DNA from: Coniocarpon cinnabarinum
Lineage: Eukaryota
Direction: 5' to 3'
Assembly: GCA_051942205.1 (NCBI GenBank)
Contig: JAVECO010000052.1
Coordinates: 1 to 64,000 of the forward strand
Length of the DNA stretch: 64,000 nucleotides
Below, in pieces: positions 22,151-32,053 of the stretch. How positions within the stretch are numbered: the stretch's first letter is position 1; every line of letters starts with the position of its first letter. The notes beneath the pieces are model-generated. The model saw nothing but the letters and a program-made list of their open reading frames with translations. It was not told the origin of the DNA and did no database searches. Both the position numbers and the translations under genes were made by a program.

Positions 22151-24066
22151 ATAAGCGTCAGTTTGCCATACCTCAACCTATGTCGAAGGACAGCTGATGA
22201 TCTAATGCCACTTGTCATACAACTGGTTTGGGTTAAATGCTATGCGACTCTCTCGATCATCAATGTATATCTTGCGAAGTTCTTTTTCGCTTGTAACTGA
22301 ATTTTGAAGTGTTTTGCTACTGTCTGAAGGCATTTTGACGAATCTGTCCCCCCTCCGCGATCATTATCGGCGTAGAATGCTTTGTTGGAGATGACACCAA
22401 CACTCTTGGTATTTCAGAACGCTAAGATCATTGGACAAAATCTCTCATCTCAAAAGTCAGACAACCAACAAAAAAAACTTCGTTGAGCCAGACGTCAGTG
22501 TTCTCAGTGTTGAGTCATACAGTTCTTAAGCCTAATTTTCGAGGCATCAAACTTGGCATTGTCAGCTGACATGTCAATCGAAACGAGACGGCGCGCAGCT
22601 ATTCAGTGCTACGTTTTGATTGTGACCCCTCGCGCGCTTTAATAGGTAGCCTTTCAATCAGACCCTACCAGTATGCTCATTAATTTGGGGTTTCAAGTAC
22701 TGAGTGCAAGAGCCTAGTAAATGCACGTACACACGTTTGATTATACGAAGAAAAGAGCGAAGAAATTGTGTGTGAGAAAAGCATTACACGGGGCTTTGCC
22801 CAGATTAAACGGCCTTTCACCGTCGCCCCCAATCTTGCCGATTCCTTTAACAGTGGAGATAACCTTGTGCGGGACGGATTATCATGACGACACGCTCAAC
22901 AGTTTGATTCTCTTTGCGATGCACAATCGATGTTATGTCTATAGAAAAAGGTAATTCAGAAGTGGAAGAGCTAACATGGGTTCTGACCTGGTCTTGCCAG
23001 CCTGCGCGTACCAAAATGGTGGACAAAATTCGTCTGCAAACGTTATCTTCACAACTCAGTTGTTGGCCACAGGGCTATCTCTTTCAAAGGTGATTCAGAC
23101 GCCATGAAGGGTCTCTTCCACTCTTCAGCTGAGACGCTTCCGCCAAAGTGCCCCCCGGTGATGAGATTTGCGACCGCTGCATATACTGTGGAACCACACC
23201 TCTGACATGCATGTCCGACCTGCGAGCCCTGGTTGAAGGTATTGCTTTGTGTGTGCCACTGCATCCAGCTGAGAAATGGGCGCAGGCAATCGGCAATCCT
23301 TCCTCAAACTTGTTGCCTGTCTGGTCGTCGATGAGCTTCATGAGCTACACGATGGTCCGAAGATCCATGCAGATTGAGGCTGTATGCGTCTTGCCCTCAG
23401 TGCCCCAATGACTAATGCGTAAGAGCTGGCGTGATCCACGGCTTCGGTATCAAGCTGTCGCTCCAGGTGGGTCTCAGTGCTCATTGCTCCTCAAATGAAG
23501 CCTGAAGACGTGTTCTTGGCTCCACTCGGCTCACATGCGCGCCCGGGCCTGCAACACGGCAGAATCCGAAACGACAAGGCATCCAAAACACAGCTCTTGC
23601 AGCCTCCGAGCCAAGGCTGCAACCAGGGTTTGGCGGATTTGATGGTAAATCTGGATCATGAGGCGTAGCACCGAGGACCCGAGATGAAGTACCATCCCTG
23701 CACATGCTTGAGCGTGGCAGGCTTTGGGGTGCTCAACAACACTCGAGATCCACCAGAAGCGGGTTTATCACTTGACGCGCCTGCTGGGAAGGAGCTCTAA
23801 GTTTACCCCCACTGACCCTCACAGCTGGGAAATGTCTCATGGATGATTGTGTCACCAGCGCAACAAGGCTACAAAGAAATACATGCTGGACAAAGTCGGG
23901 AGCCACAGTCAAGCAGACCTTATCACCGGCTATCAAAGCTGTGGAGCTGCCTGCAAGAAGTCCGAGGTTGACTTTGAGACTACAGCCCTCGTCCGGCCAC
24001 ATTCATGGTACTGGACATCAGCAACCTTCTAGCGTGCCAGTGTTGAAAAGGCCGAGCTTTTAGGAA

Positions 24067-25157
24067 ATGCTATTCAATCAACGCATTCGATACTCGTCGC
24101 TACCGCTAGGAGAGCAAAAGGAAGAGCCTCATGAAGCGGAACAGTCAGTTGCAACGCATAGACTATGCTCGGGTTCCTACACTGTAGTGCTCGGCATACT
24201 CGTCTTGCTTCTGGCAGCACTCAACCTGGTTCAGTTCGTCCAAGCAAGACATGACTGGGGCTCATTCAGTGGCACTCGCGCCGAACATTCGAAGCTTGGA
24301 GGAAGTATGTACTTTTGTGCCCGGGTAGTGACAGAGACTAATACTATCAGGTGGCATCGGGATACCACAACTTGAGACAGAGGGAGGCTATATGGTTGAT
24401 GAGTACAGATCGCACGACGATGCCATCGCGGATGACGCGTGGAACGCTATAGAAATAGGGGTAGGTTTGGTGGCAGTAGAGCAGAATTGGGCAGTCGCTC
24501 GAGGGCTGCCGATCGGCCGACTGTGGACGCCTGATCGAAGCAAAGCCATATTTACTGTTGCGGCATATCATCCACTTCACTGTGTGGTATGTGAGATAAA
24601 GGAATTGTCTGAAGTTGTTGTGGTAAATGAGGCGTAACCATGGTCAATCTAGGTCAAATTACGTCAAGCAATCAAGACCTTGTTAGATCCCAACCAGAAG
24701 TTTGAGGAGACGATACATCTCTGGCACTGTCTGAACGCCATTCGGGAAGAGCTCATGTGCAGCGGTAGCGATGAGCTTCTGTACATTCCAAATGCTACTC
24801 GCGAGGGCGAATTGCTGGCCGGGTTTGGTCAAAAACGCAACTGCATCGACTGGCGAGCATTGCGCTCGTGGACGGTAGGTTCTCAATGAATGATGCCCAG
24901 TGTGGTCAATGGCTCGGTTATTATTGGATGGGTTACGGTTAACCATCAGGATATCGGTTTGGTTAAGCGCACTACCAAATCATAACCAAACCAAACCAAA
25001 TCTTGACCACACTGATGATGCTGAAGACGCAAATCGCAGCTGACACCGAGTCCAGATTGATCACAGCGCATGCTATGTGCCTTCAGATGACGAGAAAGCC
25101 AAACACGTTAAGCAGTGGGAGAATTGCGTGACTACGGATGGTATCATTTTACCCTAG
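24067..25157 (+). CDS. UstYa-like / DUF3328 oxidase, copy B (more divergent)
   Basis: Exons 24067-24304, 24351-24586, 24653-24874 and 25056-25157 splice in frame. TM anchor, DDAWNAI, AYHPLHCV, HLWHCLNAIREELMC, RNCIDWRALRSW and HSACY. Confidence 0.9.
24898..25014. mobile_element. 117-bp non-autonomous hAT-like MITE inside intron 3 of DUF3328 copy B
   Basis: Perfect 12-bp TIRs CAGTGTGGTCAA / TTGACCACACTG. 8-bp flanking duplication ATGATGCC (24890-24897) / ATGATGCT (25015-25022). GGTT/AACC subterminal repeats. Confidence 0.85.
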
Positions 25158-25432
25158 TGTTTACCACACTAAATGTATCTCCGGGGTCATGGAGATTCAT
25201 GCGAATGCAATCTGCGATGTTTTCAAACCTGCTCGAGATCTAATTCCTTTTGTGATAGGTCACTCAGAAATTCAGATCTTTGTGTTCAAGCCATATGCGG
25301 AAACAGCTACTTTGTGATCTCACTTTCCCAAGAGCCTCGATTCACAGTCTTATGACCAATATGGTGGTCGCAAAAATTAACTGCGACATTGCTGACAGGC
25401 CCTTCGTTGGAAGTGACAAGACCGACTCATCA

Positions 25433-26365
25433 TTATACAAGTCCATCGTCATCACTGTCCCCGCAATGTCCAAAATGCGCTGCCCAAGATAGTCCGTTGT
25501 GCTTGCCACGAAACTGAGGATCGTGGTCTAGTCTGCTATAACAAGCAGAATTTTCACCGGTCCACTTCATTAAAGCGCCCCAGTCACGGCATTGACGTGG
25601 TTGACCAACTCCTAACGTGTCTGGGTCTCCGGTTGTAGCCAAAGGCGTTGCGTCTGCGTAGCACATGAACGACTGCTCAAGGTCAAAAAAAACTATTCAC
25701 TCTTGCTATATCTGCAGCTTTTTGTCGGTCGAGCTTACCTGTTTCAACGCGTCAAAACAATGCCATGAGTGATGAACGCTCTCCACATCATTCTTCCCCT
25801 CAAGGCTGGCTCGCAACGCTTGCCGTATCATTTTCAGACATTGAATCTGGTGGTAAGCCTCAACCAAGTACACCATTTTGTTCCGCTCGAAAGGATGACG
25901 TTTGGCTTCTGCCCAGCCGTTGCGCATAGCCCACGCTTCTTCCACAGCGATCATACCGTGACTGTCATCAAAGGCATTCCAAACAGCGTCTGTGGCATTC
26001 TGATCATCGTCGCCGCCGTACACTGACTTGCCTTCATAAAAGCCATATGAGACAGGTAGATCTGGAAGTGTTGCTATCAAAAGTGATTAAAGTTGCCATG
26101 TGACAAGAGGGACCTGCAGGCCGTCACACTTACGGAGTCTGCCTTTGTCGATAGTCGTACTGACCACCGGCCGTTGATCCAAAGCAAGTTTATATGTGAA
26201 TGCATGCGTGAGGATCAAAATCACAACAAGTAGTACGACGATGCAGCTTCGCAGGACTTTGCTTGACCTGGGAACTGATTCTTGACGGAGCCATTGGAAA
26301 TCGTCTGAGCTATTGATTCCAGGACCACGCAGTGGCTTTGACTCTGCTTCAGGGTCGGAATTCAT
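25433..26365 (-). CDS. UstYa-like / DUF3328 oxidase, copy C (close paralogue of copy A)
   Basis: Exons 26365-26134, 26073-25739 and 25672-25433, with equivalent intron positions to copy A. Motifs AYHQIQCL (H to Q variant), HSWHCFDALKQ and MCYADATP...RQCRDW. Confidence 0.9.
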
Positions 26366-27002
26366 TGTAAGCAGCTTTTGCGCGGAGTGATTCGAAAGTT
26401 GATATCGCTTTCACGTCCGCGCATGGGTAGGACGTAGGTAACATTTTTGAAGCAAACCGAGAACCATGCCTGGTCATAGGTACACGAAGGTACGACACTC
26501 ATGCACGGCTCACATTCAATAGCTGCCAGCATGATGATAATCACTACCCCACCAGCAATGTAAATCACGCTCTTCCCCGAATCAGTGTCAGGCCATCTGA
26601 CCACAGGGTGCTGATAACTTTCAGTTCTATTGGCTCGTTGTGAAGCTATCTTGCTATCCTGGAAGATCCACGCATGCTCCACATTATTCTGCAGAGTGGC
26701 TTACGACCACATTCCGCCGCCAGAAGCGCCTACTCTGAATTGGCAGAAGCTTCGTGGATCCGGAAACGTTGATAAGACAATTAACATGGGTGCCGCCCCT
26801 GGCGTGAGATGCCCGATAGACTGGTTCACGAGGGATAGCATTACTTAAGAGAGCACAAGGCCTGAACATTTTTTCGGGTCCCAAGTCAACTGCTCACATC
26901 CAGGTCTCCGTTGTTGCCGAATTTGGAACACATTCTCAAACAAGTAGTCCGGCAATTTGACATCGCTGACTTACCACGCATCTAACATTGCTCTTTGTCG
27001 AC

Positions 27003-27304
27003 ATGAAAATAAGCAACGTCATCATGGGCTTTGTACTGCTGGTAGCTGCGAACGCGATCCCCTTTCAAGGTGAGCAGTATCCATAATGGCGCTGAAGCGA
27101 CGAGATCCGAAGTCTAATTTGAAAGTTACAAGGCCAACCTGAGCCTGCACCTCATTCACCTGTCGAAAGAGAGGCTGGACCGGTTAATGTGGGTTGCTTC
27201 TCGTATTACAACTTAGATAGTCGCCCTCACATAGCACATAGGCACCAGTTACCGATACCAGTAACGCCGACTTTGACTCGGACATTCCTGCCACTGGATT
27301 TTGA
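27003..27304 (+). CDS. Small secreted peptide precursor B (single core), about 61 aa, absent from the ORF track
   Basis: Predicted exons 27003-27069, 27133-27188 and 27242-27304 give MKISNVIMGFVLLVAANAIPFQGQPEPAPHSPVEREAGPVNAPVTDTSNADFDSDIPATGF*. The C-terminus aligns with ADVDSDVPASVF* of precursor A. Splice sites are inferred, and the first acceptor is AAG. Confidence 0.75.
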
Positions 27305-27592
27305 ATGAGACAGTCATGAGATGTACTGGCTGAGAGTGATGCCTCTGTGAGGTTGAGAAGGGGAAATAGGTGATCAGACGGTTGGGAACGATAGTCACTC
27401 CTTCAAGTCTTAGCAATGTTGATGTGATGATCGGTGGGCACGATTACGCTCTAGACTTGCTGCCACGCTGTCAATGTGGTTTCAAGTCCGTCATTTGGGA
27501 TGGTGATGATAATCTACTTTCTAGAAAACTGCGTGTTCCATGCAGGCTGACGTGACTCGCCATCGTTCACGCTAGACGTCATTAATGTTCCG

Positions 27593-27609
27593 ACGCGTGA
27601 TGTACGCGT
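27593..27609. promoter_or_regulatory. Paired MCB (ACGCGT) elements upstream of UNG1
   Basis: ACGCGT at 27593-27598 and 27604-27609, with TATAAAA at about 27671. MCB boxes are typical of fungal G1/S DNA replication and repair genes. Confidence 0.55.
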
Positions 27610-27772
27610 CGGAGCTCAATGGACTTCCCCGGCGCGTCTTCTTCTATCCATGCAACCCTCATTAAATACGTATAAAAGAGCTCCAGCCTTCACCCGTCGG
27701 CTCACATTTCTCTGCAATAGAATTGCTCTCCGTCCGTGTGGTCCTATTTGCCTAGCTAATCAGACACACGCT

Positions 27773-28784
27773 ATGGCGACCTCCGCCGTCAAACGCAAAG
27801 CTCCAGATGTGGACGAGGATCCCTCCAAGAAACCCAAGAATTCCTCCATTACCTCCTTCTTCGGCGCCCCGAAAGCTGTGCCTTCTGCACAACAACCAAA
27901 TGCCTCGACTCCAGCTGCTCCGCCCGCCTCAAATAAGGCTGCCAAGTTCGACAAGCAAGCGTGGATTGACTCACTGTCAGACGAGAAGAAAGAGCTGCTC
28001 AAGCTCGAGATTGAGACGCTGCATGAATCATGGCTGCCCTATCTTGCAGACGACTTGACGCATTCGTCATTTATAGAACTCAAGAAGTTCTTGAAGAAGG
28101 AAGGAGAGTCCGGCAAGAAGGTCTTCCCACCATTGGAGGATGTGTATAGTTGGAGCCGACATACGCCGTTGACGAACGTCAAGGTCGTAATCATTGGTCA
28201 GGACCCCTATCATAACATCAATCAGGCACATGGGATGTGCTTCTCCGTTAGGCCACCGACGCCCGCACCACCATCCCTCCTAAACATCTACAAGGTATGA
28301 GCCATCCAAATACATACGGTTCACTTTCCATCTGACACAATCCCAGGCCCTCAAAAAAGACTACCCCGACTTCACCGCCCCACCCAAAAAAGGCGGCCTC
28401 CTCACCCCCTGGGCCGACCGCGGCGTCCTCCTCCTCAACACCTGCCTAACAGTCCAAGCGCACCAAGCGAACTCGCACCAAAAGAAAGGCTGGGAACGCT
28501 TCACCAAGCGCGTCCTCGAAGTGGTCGCCAAAGAGCGCCGCAACGGCGTCGTCTTCCTAGCTTGGGGCCGGCCCGCGCAGGAGCGGACCACAGGCCTCGA
28601 GAAGATCGCGCCGGGCAGACATACCGTGCTGAAATCGGTGCATCCGAGTCCGCTGAGCGCGGATAAGGGATTCTTTGACTGTGGGCATTTCAGGAAGACG
28701 AATGAGTGGTTGAAGCAGAGGTATGGGGAGGAGGGTGAGATTGATTGGGATTTGAATGTCGCGCCAGAGAAGGTGGGTGTTTAG
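27773..28784 (+). CDS. UNG1: Uracil-DNA glycosylase
   Basis: PIP-box-like SITSFF, VFPPLEDVYSWS, catalytic GQDPYH, GVLLLNTCLTV and HPSPLS. One intron at about 28295-28345. An in-frame upstream ATG exists at 27650. Confidence 0.96.
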
Positions 28785-29405
28785 GTTTCTGTGGTTGTTA
28801 TTTGGGTCCGGGTGCCGTCATAGGACGGGCGGGTGTTAGGCTACGGAAATGGGGCGGGAAGATCGTCGAGGCGGACATGTTTCAGGTATCAAGAGTGGAC
28901 TTGAATTTTGAAAAGTGTCCATGCACATCAAGTGCTAAGCGTAAGTTTTGCACGAGTACGCTCTACGCCCTGACCTGAAGTGGGCTTGCAACTAGTCCCG
29001 CTTGTCCGCACACACTATTTGCAGCCACAGACCTTGGTTGACCTGACGACATTGATAGCCGGGATCCGATCAGCAACTCTGAAACGACCACGTGTAATCT
29101 TATAGGCCCACATCTGTCGCATGGTTATCGCTCTAGAATGCACGCCGCACATCCGAGACATTGTCACCTGAAGGAGTGCACACCGTGTGTTTTGCAAAGA
29201 GGTCATCAAGACATCACGGAACTTGTAAAGAAGTGCCATTTGTCGCGTTCACCTTTCGATCATCATGTTCTATATAGATTCCTAAGGGCAATCACATACC
29301 GTCGTTCTTCGTATAACTATCTTGTTAGACGTCTAGACGGTATCACGGCAGTCAAGAAAACTCATCTCCGCATCTTACACCTCAGGCACTCAGACGCACT
29401 CAAAT

Positions 29406-29972
29406 ATGCCACGCGTCTTGACGTTCCACCGCAACGCCGAATGGCGCGAGGACGGATTTCAAAAGAAATACCGCACCACGATCCAACGCTACATCACCCT
29501 CATCGCCTTTTACCATTCTGACACCCCTGACACGGCCGAGAGGGTCGCAAAGGAAATCGATTTCAAATGGGGACACAGCATCGAGTCGCAAGTCGGACTC
29601 GGCAAACCGTCAGAGCATAACCACATCATTGCCTTTCTCAAGTTCGTCCCCTTCCTGTCCTTTTCTGTCACTGTTATCCTATCCCCTCCTTTCTCTCTTC
29701 TCCTCTGTGATCCTCTGACCTTACCTCTTTCCCGCTTCGATATCCGTATCCCTTGAAATGACGCACACTCACCCACTCTCGTGTGTAGACAAGCAGAACG
29801 CGTCACGGACCCCGTCCGCGTTCAAGCCACACTCGTCTTTGAACGCCGCAGCATCTTTTCCTACACGTGGGATGCTCACTTTGAAAGCGAGCACGAATTT
29901 GAGCAGGGAGGAGGCAGGGAGGTGACGATTATGTGTCCCGTGGAGCGGACGGGTCCAATATTGCCGGGTTGA
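29406..29972 (+). CDS. Small hypothetical protein (orphan pair 1, copy a), one intron
   Basis: Exon 1 MPRVLTFHRNAEW...IIAFLK, a pyrimidine-rich intron (GTTCGT...TGTAG), then exon 2 QAERVTDPVRVQATL...EVTIMCPVERTGPILPG*. Supported by the paralogue at 30866-31380. Confidence 0.6.
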
Positions 29973-30865
29973 CGCTGCCTCTAGGGCGGCGTTCATGCTC
30001 GCATTGAGACGTGGGTTTTGCCCGGGGCAAAGAGCTTAACGAATCGGCAGAGCGTCAATCATGAGTTTGGAGTGTAAGCGCAATGTTGTGAATTCTCGCT
30101 GCCCGTATTCTTGCTCAGCAGCATGCGGCGCGGGAGGATGAAGGCGATGATTCTTGGAGTGATGAATCTTGATACCGACCATTCAGACCTTGGTGGAAGG
30201 AAGACTCCTGCTTGTAAAGATGTGACGAAATGAACAGTCGAACGTGGAACGTTGCGCCGGAAGAGGCCGGAGGTTACGTGGTCTCTTTTGAATGGTGTGG
30301 GTGTTATCGTGGGACGGTCGAGTGTTATGACCCTTTCAGCTACGGCGGAGGGACTGTCTCAATGACCTGTTCCAGATCTTGAAAAGCTTTTGTAGACTTG
30401 ATTCCATGATTGTCCAGAACACTTCAGAATCGAGACCTGTTTTGCAAGTCTTGCTATTTGCACTTGAGAATGGCTCAAAGTCGTTGTGACTGGTCGACAA
30501 GGACTGTCCAAGATGCCACGTGTGACGAGAAACGTCGTTTCACCTTGCGACCCGCGTTGATCCAGAGGAGGGAAGGGGTCGTATATAGCTCCGCATTCGT
30601 CTCAGCTTCTTCCTTGCATCGCAGCAAAGCTCAAAGGCCGCAAATCATTGACCTTGTTACTCGAAGAAGCAGACCGTGTACTTTGGGGAGGCACAGCCTC
30701 CAGAGATGCAAGTTTTCTGATACCGCTTTTCATTGCCACACCTATATATGCTTGTAAGAAAGCCGCAATCTGAATTCTTTCAATGGCTCATATTGCATCA
30801 GCCTAACAAGTCAACGTCTTTTCTGTATCTTGTATCCAGAGCACGCAACCACAAGTCACTACAGT

Positions 30866-31380
30866 ATGCCACCAATCTCCCTATTCCATCGCGTAGAGGA
30901 TTGGAGCGTTAACGGGCGTCAGCACAAATATCGCACCTATATCGTAAGCCACGTGGCCTTTATCGCCTACTGGGAACCACCCTTCTCCGATTCGATTCTC
31001 CCCACTGTTTCGGAGATCCAGAGGATCCCTCTGTTTCTTTTCTAATGTCTTTCTCTGTTCGCTGCCATTCGCTGTCGTTCTCTCCCAACTATTCCTCCTG
31101 GCCATCTTCTCCTTTTAACATACGAGCTCCTTTTCGAGCGTCTTCATCATTCTTCCTCTCTCCTCGTTCATGTGACAGACCAATTCCCATTTACAGACAG
31201 ACTGAAGCTCTCACAAATACCGATGAAATAAAAGCAACGCTCCACTGTGAGCAACGGAAATCCTTCCACTATATCTTCAATCCAGCCAGGGACAGCCAGC
31301 ATGAGCATGAGCAGGACGAGGGAAAGGAGGTCACCATCGTTTTTCCTATCTTGCGGCGGGCGGAGGCTGTGCCGGGCTGA
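30866..31380 (+). pseudogene. Paralogue of 29406-29972 (copy b), probably internally deleted or pseudogenised
   Basis: MPPISLFHRVEDW...KYRTYIVSHVAFIAYW and IKATLHCEQRKSFHY...EHEQDEGKEVTIVFPI...VPG* align with copy a. The second half of exon 1 and a good splice donor appear to be missing. Confidence 0.5.
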
Positions 31381-32053
31381 TTGCTTTCCAAGGGACATCC
31401 ATACTTTTCACAACTGGGAGGCTTGGGCTTTGTAGATATAAGCGATGTCAGTCTTCCATTTGGAGCGCGAAAAAAGTAATGTGAGTTTTTCTTGCAGTTT
31501 CTTTGGTTCACCGGTTCAGCGTGATGGGGTGCGCAAGGAAATCAAAGTGGACTGGCTCTAGGTAGCTAGACTGCTTCCGTCGGTCTAACTCATCTGGGCT
31601 TCCTTGAAGCGCGTAATGATGCTTATCGAGGCGGTGGGGCAGTGAGTAGTCGGGCGTTGCATGCTCTGGGGTTGAGAGAAGCGGTCAAGGAGGTGTAAGG
31701 AGCGAAGGAAATACCACCATGGTGCCGTCCGTTAAGCCGACTTAGACTGGACGCACATGGACTGATGATCCTGATCAGGTAATCACCTTTTTTCCCCTTG
31801 CTTGCGTGTTCAAGACACCTACAGCTACATAGTCAGCTCACCTACAAGGGCACGCAGGCCACATCCCAATTAAATCCTTTCTCTTTTCCCACCACAATTC
31901 CTAGCTCTATTGTAGCAGAGACGCCACGCTGGATTTTTCTCTCGGAGGTATATGTCGTGTCTCGTAAATCATAAACTCTTGTCGACCAGGCTTGCTTCCA
32001 GTCCCCGTTTCGCGTAGGGCAGTCAGATGCTGTCGCTCACGTTCGAAGCGAGC

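Noticed and set aside
23049..23341. Minus-strand fragments with CQRCGSTVY, reminiscent of a GFA/Mss4-like zinc motif or a cluster tyrosinase relic
   Set aside because: Only a short motif in broken frames, with no other family signature or copper-binding His pattern. A BLASTx of 22.2-24.0 kb would settle it.
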